A DNA stretch of 64,000 nucleotides, from the NCBI RefSeq assembly GCF_000737315.1, contig NZ_JMCB01000007.1, forward strand, positions 62,001-126,000, read 5' to 3'. Numbering within the stretch: position 1 is the stretch's first letter; each line of letters starts with the position of its first letter. The position numbers were made by a program, and so were the translations under genes. This stretch comes from Hyalangium minutum. GTDB taxonomy: Bacteria > Myxococcota > Myxococcia > Myxococcales > Myxococcaceae. The notes beneath the pieces are model-generated. The model was not told where the DNA came from. It saw nothing but the letters and a program-made list of their open reading frames with translations, and searched no databases. This document shows positions 35,683-44,283 of the stretch, piece by piece.

Positions 35683-37920
35683 ATGGCACGAACGCAGAAG
35701 CCTGCCTTTTCGCTCGGGGTGGGGAGTCACGCGGCGGACACCCTCGTGGTGGTCCGCTTCACCGGCCGGGAGGCGCTGTCATGCCCGTACGACTTCCAGC
35801 TCGAGTTCTTCGCCCGGGATGGGCAGGTGCTCGAGCTGGCGGAGCTCTCGAACACCCAGGTGCTGCTGACGATTCGGCTTGGGGAGGTGCCGCTGCGCCA
35901 CGTGCACGGGTGGGTGCGGCAGGCCGAGGCGCTGGGCCGCATCGGAGGCCGCTGGCACTACCGAGTGCGGGTGAGGCCAAAGCTCGAGCGTCTGCGCCAG
36001 ACCCAGGACAGCCGTATCTTTCAGGAGCTGACGGTGCCCGACATCGTCAAGGCCCTGCTGGGGGAGTGGCGCGTGGAGCACCGCTTCCTGCTGAGCCGCT
36101 CCTACGCCGTGCGCGAGTACTGCGTGCAATACCGTGAGTCGGACTTCGCCTTCATCTCCCGGCTGCTGGAGGAGGAGGGCATCTTCTACTTCTTCGAGCA
36201 CGCCGAAGATGGCCACACGCTGGTGCTGGGGGACGTTTCGAATGCCCACGTGGCGTTGCCCGGAGGGCCGGTCCTGCCCCTGCGGCCGGAAGATGGGCGT
36301 GCCCACGACGAGGAGTTCATCTCCCGGCTGGAGCGGGTGCACCGGCTGCGGCCGGGAGAGGTGATGCTGCGCGACTTCGACTTCAAGAAGCCGGGGTTGG
36401 ACCTCTCCACGCGGAGCTCCAGTGTGGAGGGCCTGCGAGTGCTGGAACTGTACGACTACCCGGGAGCGTACGTGGCGCCGGGGGAGGGCCAGGGCCTGGT
36501 GCGCACGCGCATGGAGGAGAAGGCCCAGGGGGCACGGACGTACACGGGGCGCAGCGTGTGCCCGCGGCTGGCGCCGGGCTACCTCTTCGAAGCGGAGAGC
36601 CCCGGGGAGGGCACCTGGGCCGGGTTCTACCTCGTGGAAGAGGTGGTGCACTCCGGCCAGCAGCCCGACACGCTGGGGGCCCCCGAGACGCTGGGCGAGG
36701 TGTATCACAACGACTTTCGAGCCCTGCCCAAGGGAGTGCCCTTCCGGCCCATGCGGGTGACGCCTCGGCCTCGCATCCCCGGGATACAGACGGCGACGGT
36801 GAGCGGCCCCGCGAGCGAGGAGATCCACACGGACGAGTACGGCCGCATCAAGGTGCAGTTCCACTGGGACCGGGAGGGGCAGCACAACGAGCGCTCCTCG
36901 TGCTGGATGCGGGTGGGCCAGGGCTGGGGCGGGCTCGGCTGGGGCGCCGTGTACCTGCCCCGCATCGGCCAGGAGGTGGTGGTTCGCTTCCTGGAGGGCG
37001 ATCCCGACCGGCCGCTGATCGCGGGCACCGTCTACAACGGAGGCAACGCGGCGCCGTACGGGCTGCCGGGCGACAAGACGAAGACCACGCTCAAGAGTTC
37101 CTCCAGCCTGGGCGGCGCGGGTTTCAACGAGGTGCGGAGCGAGGACTCAGCGGGCAAGGAGGAGATCTTCACCCACGCCCAGAAGGACGAGTCCCTCATC
37201 ACGGAGAACGACAAGAGCCAGGAGGTGCGCGGGTACGAGGACCTCCTGGTGAAGAAGGACCGCAGCCTCTGTGTGGAGTGGAACCAGGAGCTCACCGTGG
37301 AGCTCAACGACAGCAACCTCATCGAAGGCAACCAGAGGCTGCGGGTGAGTGGGAATCGCTCCACCACGACTCACGAGAACCATGGGGAGTCCGTGCAGGG
37401 CAACCAGGGCATCACCGTGGGCAGCAACTTCACGTCGATGGTCAATCAGGCCACCACGGAGGGGGTGGGGGCCGCCAAGGCTCTGACGATTGGAGGGGGC
37501 TACTCCATCAATGTGGGCCTGGGGATGGCCGAGACCACCGGAGGCCTCAAGGCCGTCGAAGTGGGCGCCGCCATGATCGAACTGGTGGGCATCCGTCGCG
37601 AGGAGAGCGTGGGGCAGAACAAGCAGACCCTGGTGGGCCTGGACTTCGAGTCGCAGTGCGGCGGCGGAATGACGCAGGCGGCGGGCCAGTCGCTCCAGGA
37701 GAACGTGGGTGGCAAGACCTCCGTGAGCGCGAAGGAAGGTGCTGGCTGGCTGGCCAAGAAGTTCGTGCTGACGGCGGAGGACACCTTCACGCTCCTGGTG
37801 GGCGGCCAGCTGATCCTGAAGCTCGAGAAGTCTGGCGCGGTGACCTTCATGGGGAAGACCCTCACCATCGACAGCAAGGAGACGCAGTTCCGCGGCGGCA
37901 CGGTGCATTCGCGGCCCTGA
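35683..37920 (+). CDS. vgrG: Type VI secretion spike protein VgrG (copy 1)
   Basis: FTGREALS, SRIFQ, REYCVQYRESDFAFISRLLEEEGIFYFFEH, IHTDEYGRIKVQFHWDR, PRIGQEVVVRFLEGDPDRP, gp5-type beta repeats. Confidence 0.95.
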   Translation: MARTQKPAFSLGVGSHAADTLVVVRFTGREALSCPYDFQLEFFARDGQVLELAELSNTQVLLTIRLGEVPLRHVHGWVRQAEALGRIGGRWHYRVRVRPKLERLRQTQDSRIFQELTVPDIVKALLGEWRVEHRFLLSRSYAVREYCVQYRESDFAFISRLLEEEGIFYFFEHAEDGHTLVLGDVSNAHVALPGGPVLPLRPEDGRAHDEEFISRLERVHRLRPGEVMLRDFDFKKPGLDLSTRSSSVEGLRVLELYDYPGAYVAPGEGQGLVRTRMEEKAQGARTYTGRSVCPRLAPGYLFEAESPGEGTWAGFYLVEEVVHSGQQPDTLGAPETLGEVYHNDFRALPKGVPFRPMRVTPRPRIPGIQTATVSGPASEEIHTDEYGRIKVQFHWDREGQHNERSSCWMRVGQGWGGLGWGAVYLPRIGQEVVVRFLEGDPDRPLIAGTVYNGGNAAPYGLPGDKTKTTLKSSSSLGGAGFNEVRSEDSAGKEEIFTHAQKDESLITENDKSQEVRGYEDLLVKKDRSLCVEWNQELTVELNDSNLIEGNQRLRVSGNRSTTTHENHGESVQGNQGITVGSNFTSMVNQATTEGVGAAKALTIGGGYSINVGLGMAETTGGLKAVEVGAAMIELVGIRREESVGQNKQTLVGLDFESQCGGGMTQAAGQSLQENVGGKTSVSAKEGAGWLAKKFVLTAEDTFTLLVGGQLILKLEKSGAVTFMGKTLTIDSKETQFRGGTVHSRP

Positions 37921-37957
37921 GCCCGCGCGTGGGTGCGCTCAGCGCTCTTACCGCTCG

Positions 37958-37969
37958 GGTGGTACAGCC
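37958..37969 (+). promoter_or_regulatory. Motif GGTGGTACAGCC upstream of vgrG-2
   Basis: Identical to 35629-35640. Confidence 0.4.
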
Positions 37970-38038
37970 AAGGTCCAGCCCCCGCCCTACAGTGTTTTCT
38001 ACCCGACGTTGCCACATGGATTCAGAGGCGGACTGTTT

Positions 38039-40303
38039 ATGGTGGCCCCTGCCGCACTTCATGCCAATCAAGCGGAGTTCGAGTTCGAGACCGCGGCCCA
38101 CGCACCCGGTGAGCTGGCGGTCGTGGAGTTCCGCGCGGAGGAGGGGCTCTCCGAGCTCTACTCGCTCGAGATCGCCCTGGCCGCGCCCGCGCATGTGGTC
38201 GTGGACGAGAAGGGCCTGGTGGGCCAGAGCGCGCTGCTGACGGTGCACCTGGGAGGTGGAGCGGCCTGCTACTTCCACGGAATGATTTCACGCGTGGCGC
38301 GCTGGGACGCCGGCAAGGGCCCGGAGCGCCAGCGCTACCGCGTCACCGTGGTGCCTCGGCTGTGGGCGCTGCGCCATATCCACCGCAGCCGCATCTTCCA
38401 GGAGCTGTCCGTCCCGGAGATCGTCTCCCAGGTGCTCAGCGAGGGCGGGGTGCGGCATGTCCTCTCTCTGAAGGCGGCCTACCCCAAGCGCGAGTACTGC
38501 GTGCAGTACCGCGAGTCGGATCTCGACTTTGTCTCCCGGCTGCTCGAAGAGGAGGGCATCTTCTATTCTTTCGAGCACTCCGAGGACGCGCATGTCCTGG
38601 TGCTCAACGACGCCTCCATCACCTGCCCGGCCCTGAGCGGCGATTCGCACCTCGTGTTTCGTGAGCCCTCGAGGATGGTGGCGGGCGGCGAGGCCGTGCA
38701 GGAGTTCTCCGCGAGGCTGCAGGTCCAGCCCGGTGCCGTGGTGCTGCGGGACTACAACTTCGTCCAGCCCCGGCTGGACCTGACCGTGGGCTCCGCCACG
38801 CAGGAGGGGGAGCGGGCGCTCGAGATCTACGACTACCCCGCCCGCTACGAGGAGCCGGGCGTGGGCCGGGGCCGCGCGAAAGTCCGCCTGGAGGAGCTGC
38901 GCTCACACGTGGAGCGGATGACGGGGGTCAGCACCTGCCGGCGGCTGCGCTCGGGCCACACCATCGAGCTGGACGAGCACCCAGTGGCCTCCTTCAACCA
39001 GGACTACCTGCTCCTCTCGGTGCGGCACATCGGCCGCCAGCCAGAGGCGCTCACGGTCGAGCAGGCCCACTCCGGTGTCCGGGAGGGCTACCGCAACGAG
39101 TTCGTCTGCATGCCCGCGAAGGTGCCCTACCGCCCCCCGCCGGACACCCCGCGCCCCATCATCCCCGGCGCGCAGACCGCCATCGTCGTGGGGCCTGGAG
39201 GCGAGGAGATCCACACGGATCCGCACGGCCGCATCAAGGTGCAGTTCCACTGGGACCGCGAGGGCCAGCGCAACGAGCGCAGCTCCTGCTGGATCCGTGT
39301 GAGCCAGGCCTGGGCAGGCCAGGGCTGGGGAGCGCTCTACCTGCCGCGCATTGGGCACGAGGTGGTGGTGGAGTTCCTCGAGGGAGACCCCGACCGGCCC
39401 CTGGTGACCGGCAGCGTCTACAACGGCCAGAACCCCTCACCCATCGGCCTGCCGGGGGACAAGACGCGGAGCACGCTCAAGAGCTCCTCCAGCCTGGGGG
39501 GCTCCGGCTCCAACGAGCTGCGCTTCGAGGACTCCGCGGGCCGCGAAGAGGTCTACCTGCACGCCCAGAAGGACTTCAACATCGTCGTCGAGAACGACAA
39601 GACGCAGGAGGTCCGTGGCTACGAGAAGCTGCTGGTCAAGAAGGACCGCAGCCGCACCATCGAGGGCCATCAGTCCCTGGAGGTGAAGAAGAACGACGAC
39701 ACCGCGGTTGGCGGTAACCAGACCCTGGCGGTCGTCCAGAACCGTTCGACGACCGTTCTGGGCAACCACACCGAGGACGTGGGGGCCAACCAGACCATCC
39801 AGGTGGATGGCAACCAGAGCGTGAAGGTGGCCATGGCCTCCTCGGAAACGGTGGGGCTCGGGAAGATGCTCAACATCGGTGGCGGCTATGCCATCACCGT
39901 GGGCGCCGCCCTCAACCAGCTCGTGGGCGGCCTCATGGCCGAGCAGGTCGGTCTGAGCAAGATGGAGACGGTGGGCCTGCACAAGTCCGAGACCGTGATG
40001 GGTTCGCGCAACCTCAAGGTGGGCGCTGATCTCTCCGAGCAGGTGGGCAGCAACCGGACCCTCCAGGTGGGCAAGGATCTGCTGGTGAGCGTGGGGGGCC
40101 CGCTCGATCACACGGCAAAGGAGACGTACACGCTGACCGCCAAGGAGATCACCCTCGAGGCCCAGGAGGAGTTCCTCCTCAAGGTGGGCGCCGCGACGCT
40201 CCAGGTACAGAAGAGCGGAGACGTGGTCCTCAAGGGCGCCACTATCCAGATCACAGGACGTGAGTCCGTCGTCGTCGAGGGCTCCAAGATCACGGAGAAC
40301 TGA
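38039..40303 (+). CDS. vgrG: Type VI secretion spike protein VgrG (copy 2)
   Basis: EEGLSELY, REYCVQYRESDLDFVSRLLEEEGI, IHTDPHGRIKVQFHWDR, PRIGHEVVVEFLEGDPDRP, NELRFEDSAGREE. Confidence 0.95.
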   Translation: MVAPAALHANQAEFEFETAAHAPGELAVVEFRAEEGLSELYSLEIALAAPAHVVVDEKGLVGQSALLTVHLGGGAACYFHGMISRVARWDAGKGPERQRYRVTVVPRLWALRHIHRSRIFQELSVPEIVSQVLSEGGVRHVLSLKAAYPKREYCVQYRESDLDFVSRLLEEEGIFYSFEHSEDAHVLVLNDASITCPALSGDSHLVFREPSRMVAGGEAVQEFSARLQVQPGAVVLRDYNFVQPRLDLTVGSATQEGERALEIYDYPARYEEPGVGRGRAKVRLEELRSHVERMTGVSTCRRLRSGHTIELDEHPVASFNQDYLLLSVRHIGRQPEALTVEQAHSGVREGYRNEFVCMPAKVPYRPPPDTPRPIIPGAQTAIVVGPGGEEIHTDPHGRIKVQFHWDREGQRNERSSCWIRVSQAWAGQGWGALYLPRIGHEVVVEFLEGDPDRPLVTGSVYNGQNPSPIGLPGDKTRSTLKSSSSLGGSGSNELRFEDSAGREEVYLHAQKDFNIVVENDKTQEVRGYEKLLVKKDRSRTIEGHQSLEVKKNDDTAVGGNQTLAVVQNRSTTVLGNHTEDVGANQTIQVDGNQSVKVAMASSETVGLGKMLNIGGGYAITVGAALNQLVGGLMAEQVGLSKMETVGLHKSETVMGSRNLKVGADLSEQVGSNRTLQVGKDLLVSVGGPLDHTAKETYTLTAKEITLEAQEEFLLKVGAATLQVQKSGDVVLKGATIQITGRESVVVEGSKITEN

Positions 40304-40329
40304 CAAGCCTTTCACCCAGGAGCCACACC

Positions 40330-40794
40330 ATGGCCGCACGCCGTTCCTCACTCGGGATTGCTCCCGCCACCCCCAGTTCGTCTCTTCCTTCGGCCCTCCT
40401 GGGCTGGATCACCGGCTATGAGCCGGGGGAGGGGCCTCTCGTGGACTATCCTGGCAACCCGTCCGGGCCCCTGCGGGCCCGGTTGCTCGTCGACACCGGC
40501 GCACAGGCATTGCGCTCGGCGGCCGCGTCTCGCTGCCCCGTCGCGCTGCTCTTCGAGAATGGAGACCCCGCGCTTCCGCTCGTTGCCGGGCTGGTGTGGC
40601 CGCCCGGTGAGCGTGAGGCGCAGGTAGATGGAGAGCGGATCGTCCTGACGGGGGAGAAGGAGATCGAGCTGCGCTGTGGCGCCGCATCCATTTCCCTGAC
40701 CCGGAACGGGAAGGTCGTGATTCGAGGGGCCTACGTCGAAACTCGGGCGAAGGGCACGAACCGGATCAAGGGCGGAGCGGTCCAGATCAACTGA
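40330..40794 (+). CDS. DUF6484-like protein; resembles a minimal gp5/gpV spike (OB-fold plus beta-strand tail)
   Basis: VALLFENGDPALPLVAGLV and ELRCGAASISLTRNGKVVIRG...IKGGAVQIN align by eye with VgrG segments. Confidence 0.75.
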   Translation: MAARRSSLGIAPATPSSSLPSALLGWITGYEPGEGPLVDYPGNPSGPLRARLLVDTGAQALRSAAASRCPVALLFENGDPALPLVAGLVWPPGEREAQVDGERIVLTGEKEIELRCGAASISLTRNGKVVIRGAYVETRAKGTNRIKGGAVQIN

Positions 40795-40813
40795 AAGGCG
40801 AGCGGCTGAAGCC

Positions 40814-42070
40814 ATGCTCTTTTGGGATGTCATTGAGCGGCACTTCGATGAGGCGGACTTCCTGTGGGGTGTCTGGGAGCAGAGCCTCGTGTCGCCCAAC
40901 CACACCCTCGAACAAGTCGAGAGAGGTCCCGAGGCACGGCTGCTGGCCCACCTCGACGGGCTCGTGGCCAATGGCCCCGAGGTGGCGCGGCGGCTGCTGC
41001 TGCCGGCGCTGGAGAAGGATGATCCACCTCAGGTGAGTGCGGCGGCCGCCGCGTTGTTGCAGAGCCCGGGTGAGGCGGGGATCGAGGCCGTGCTCGTCGC
41101 GCTGCGCATGCGGCCAGTCCAGGGCGGCGCTCTGGTGCGGGCGCTGGCGTGCTCGGGCCGGGCGGACTTGCTGGACCGCATGCGGGGATTGCTGGGGGCC
41201 TCAGAGGAGGGCGTCGTCACAGCCGCGGCGGAAGTTCTGGTGTTCCACCACGCCTCCGTGGGGGACGCGCTGCCAAGGCTCTTGAAGAGCGGCAACCCGA
41301 TGGCACGGGCGCTGGGGCTCAGGGCGCTGCTGAACGAGCCGGCCGGGGCTCGGCACAGCGCCGCGGTACAGGAAGGTCTGAAGGAGCAGAACTCCTGGGT
41401 GGTTGCGGCCGCCATGGAGGTGGGCTGCCGCCTGGGGTTGGATGCGGCCTGGCGGCGCGTGCGCGAGCGCGCGGTGGAGGGGGACAGGGAGGCGATGCTG
41501 CTGCTTGCGCTCGGCGGGGGCCCTGCCGAATACAAGGAGCTGACGGCGGCACTCGCCGCTCCGGCTCGCCGGCCCGGAGCGCTGTGGGCGCTGGGCTTTG
41601 CTGGTACCCCCGAGGGGGTCGACGCCAGCCTCGAGTGGCTGGACGACACGCGGGCAGGGCCGCTGGCGGGCGAGGTGTTCACGGCGGTGACGGGAGTCGG
41701 CCTCAGGGAAGCGGGGCTGACAGCGCCCTGGGAGCGGCGGCCGAAACTCACGCATACGCCAGAGGATGAGCTGCCTCGCCCGGATGCGGCGAAGGTGAGG
41801 GATTGGTGGAGCCGACACCACGTTCGCTTTGTGTCCCGCCAGCGGTACCTCCAGGGAGAGCCGCGCGCTCTCTCGGGAATCAAGGCCGCGCTTGTTCAGG
41901 GGCCCATGCGCCGCCGCGCGGCCCTCCTCTTGGAGCTTCAGCTTCGCGTCCCCGTGAGGCGCGCCCCACGTCTTCAGCCCCGGGCTCCCACACGCCAGCA
42001 GTACGCCGAGCTGTCGGCGATGGCCTCATTCGAGGACGCTGGCCTTCACCTGAGCCGCTCGCTTCTGTGA
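40814..42070 (+). CDS. TIGR02270-like helical repeat protein
   Basis: WDVIERHFDEADFLW, RLLAHLDGL, ALWALGFAG, AGEVFTAVTG; position in the vgrG cluster. Confidence 0.8.
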   Translation: MLFWDVIERHFDEADFLWGVWEQSLVSPNHTLEQVERGPEARLLAHLDGLVANGPEVARRLLLPALEKDDPPQVSAAAAALLQSPGEAGIEAVLVALRMRPVQGGALVRALACSGRADLLDRMRGLLGASEEGVVTAAAEVLVFHHASVGDALPRLLKSGNPMARALGLRALLNEPAGARHSAAVQEGLKEQNSWVVAAAMEVGCRLGLDAAWRRVRERAVEGDREAMLLLALGGGPAEYKELTAALAAPARRPGALWALGFAGTPEGVDASLEWLDDTRAGPLAGEVFTAVTGVGLREAGLTAPWERRPKLTHTPEDELPRPDAAKVRDWWSRHHVRFVSRQRYLQGEPRALSGIKAALVQGPMRRRAALLLELQLRVPVRRAPRLQPRAPTRQQYAELSAMASFEDAGLHLSRSLL

Positions 42071-42100
42071 GCTTCGCTCCTTGCAATCGCTCTGCTCTCC

Positions 42101-43231
42101 ATGGAACTCGTCAACAAGTCCCGCCTCCCTCTGGAAGTGACGACGGCGCTCGACAAGGGCGGAAAGGAGCACCTGCTCCTCGTGGCGAAGGCGACCTACC
42201 GCTTCGGTGAGGGCCGCCGCATGCCAGAGCGCGTGGAGGAATCTCTTCCCATTGCCTACGCCGACACCTTCATAGGGGAGCCGGGCCTCTCTTCTCCGCT
42301 CTACGAGGCGGACATGGCGATGACGAAGCGGTGGTGCGACGTGCTCGTGGACGCGACGGCCCATGCCCCGGAGGGCCGGCCCGTGAAGGAACTGGAGGTG
42401 GCCGTTCGCGTGGGCACCTTCGAGAAGCAGTTCCTCGTCGTGGGAGACCGGGTGTGGCAGCAGGGGCTGTTACGCGTGTCCGCCAGCACGCCCGAGCCCT
42501 TCACCTCGATGCGGATCCACTATGGCCGTGCCTTTGGCGGCAGTCCGAAGCTCTCCTCGAAAGAAGGACAGGAAACCTACCTTTCCAATCCTGTCGGCCG
42601 GGGCTATTGCCCGGATCCACGCGCACACATCGTCGACCAGATGCCGCTGCCCAACACGGAGGACGCCGGGCAGCGTGTCACCTCTCCCAGCGCTCAGGTC
42701 CAGCCGCTCTCGCTGGGACCCATTGGCCGGAGCTGGAATCCCCGAAGCGCCTACGCGGGGACTTACGATGCGCGCTGGAGGGAGCACGTCTTCCCCCTGC
42801 TCCCCGAGGACTTCGATGAGGCCTTCTTCCAGGCCGCGCCTCCGGATCAGCAGATCGACTTCATTCGAGGCGGAGAGCCCGTGGTGCTGCGCAATCTGGT
42901 GCCCGGCGAGCCGCACGTCACCTTCAAGCTGCCCAGGCCCGAGCTGGTGGTGCGGCTGCTCTACGCCTCGCACCGGACCATCGAGCTGTCGCCTGTGGTC
43001 GACACGGTGTTCCTGGAGCCCGACGCGAAGCGCTTCACGATGGTGTATCGCACCGCGCTGCCGCTCGATCGGAGGGGGCTCTTCGGGATCAGCCTGATGG
43101 CGGCGGGCCCCGTGTGCAAGCGCTGGTGGGAGTCCAAGGTTCTCGGGACCGAGGACTGCGGGTGTGGGGGAGACAGTTCCAAGGACGAGACGCCGGCGTC
43201 GCTGATGGACATGGAGGAACTGGAGCCATGA
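42101..43231 (+). CDS. DUF2169 family T6SS adaptor/chaperone
   Basis: LLVAKATY, K..CDVLVDATAHAP, VVGDRVW, YGRAFGG, NPVGRG, AGTYDARW, FFQAAP.DQQ, DTVFLEPD. Confidence 0.9.
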   Translation: MELVNKSRLPLEVTTALDKGGKEHLLLVAKATYRFGEGRRMPERVEESLPIAYADTFIGEPGLSSPLYEADMAMTKRWCDVLVDATAHAPEGRPVKELEVAVRVGTFEKQFLVVGDRVWQQGLLRVSASTPEPFTSMRIHYGRAFGGSPKLSSKEGQETYLSNPVGRGYCPDPRAHIVDQMPLPNTEDAGQRVTSPSAQVQPLSLGPIGRSWNPRSAYAGTYDARWREHVFPLLPEDFDEAFFQAAPPDQQIDFIRGGEPVVLRNLVPGEPHVTFKLPRPELVVRLLYASHRTIELSPVVDTVFLEPDAKRFTMVYRTALPLDRRGLFGISLMAAGPVCKRWWESKVLGTEDCGCGGDSSKDETPASLMDMEELEP

Positions 43232-44250
43232 GGACTCAGCTGCGCATCGCCGCCTCCGGGATGTGCTGCGCGGTGGGCGGCTTTGCCCGTGCCGCGCGTG
43301 CGGCCATCCGCGCGGGGCTCAACCGCTTCGAGGAGTCAGAATTCGTGGATGCCAGGGCCGAGCCGCTCATCGTCTCGCGCATGCCCCTAGAGAACCTGTG
43401 GGGGCCCCGGCGCATCGCGACGATGTTCGAGGCCGCCGTGAAGGACTGCATCTCGGAGGCCCCTGCTTTCAGCCCCAAGACCACGGCCCTGCTGTTGCTG
43501 GTCGCGGAGCAGGGACGCCCTGGCTATCAGGACTCGTGGGCAGAGGCCTGCGTGGCCGCCTACGAGAAGCTGACAGGGATGGCTCCTTCCACGGAGGTGC
43601 GGACTCTTGCGCTCGGACGGGCGGGGATTGTGAGTGCGCTGCGGGAGGCCCACTCGCTGCTCGTGCACCGCTACGCCCGGCAGGTCCTGGTGGTGGGCGT
43701 GGACAGCTACCTCAACGCGGAGGCAATCACTCACCTGCTCCGGAAGAGGCGGCTCATGACCGAGGAGGTCAGCGAGGGCTTCATCCCAGGGGAGGGCGCC
43801 GGCGCGCTGCTGCTGGAGCTCCCTCCACGTGAGCCAGTGGGGCTCCACGTGCTGGGAACCGGAGCCGCCGAGGAGACGGCTACCCTCGATAACGACGAGC
43901 CCGTGCGTGCGTTGGGGCTGACTCGAGCGCTGCGCGAAGCGCTCGCGGCGAGTGGGTACCACATGAATGATCTCCACTTCCGCATCACGGATCTCAATGG
44001 GGTGCCTCTCGCCTTCCGCGAAGCCGCCCTGGCGGACACTCGCCTGCTTGATCACCGCGCGGGCCGTTTCCCACTCCTGCACCTCGCGGACTGCATTGGA
44101 GAGACTGGCGCTGCGGTGGGGCCCCTGTCTCTCGCGTACCTCGCCGACGCCATGGCTCGGGGATACGTGCCAGGCACACGGGCCGTGCTCCACTGTGCCA
44201 ACGATGGTCCGGAGCGTGCCGCCGTGGTGGCCGAATGCTTCCCGTCGTGA
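43228..44250 (+). CDS. Ketoacyl-synthase-like (PRK06147-like) T6SS-associated protein
   Basis: GMCCAVG, VGVDSYL, GFIPGEGAGALLL, DLNG, IGETGAA; ATGA overlap with DUF2169. Confidence 0.82.
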   Translation: MRTQLRIAASGMCCAVGGFARAARAAIRAGLNRFEESEFVDARAEPLIVSRMPLENLWGPRRIATMFEAAVKDCISEAPAFSPKTTALLLLVAEQGRPGYQDSWAEACVAAYEKLTGMAPSTEVRTLALGRAGIVSALREAHSLLVHRYARQVLVVGVDSYLNAEAITHLLRKRRLMTEEVSEGFIPGEGAGALLLELPPREPVGLHVLGTGAAEETATLDNDEPVRALGLTRALREALAASGYHMNDLHFRITDLNGVPLAFREAALADTRLLDHRAGRFPLLHLADCIGETGAAVGPLSLAYLADAMARGYVPGTRAVLHCANDGPERAAVVAECFPS

Positions 44251-44283
44251 TTCGCACTTTCCTTCTTCCCTCTACGGAGCGCC

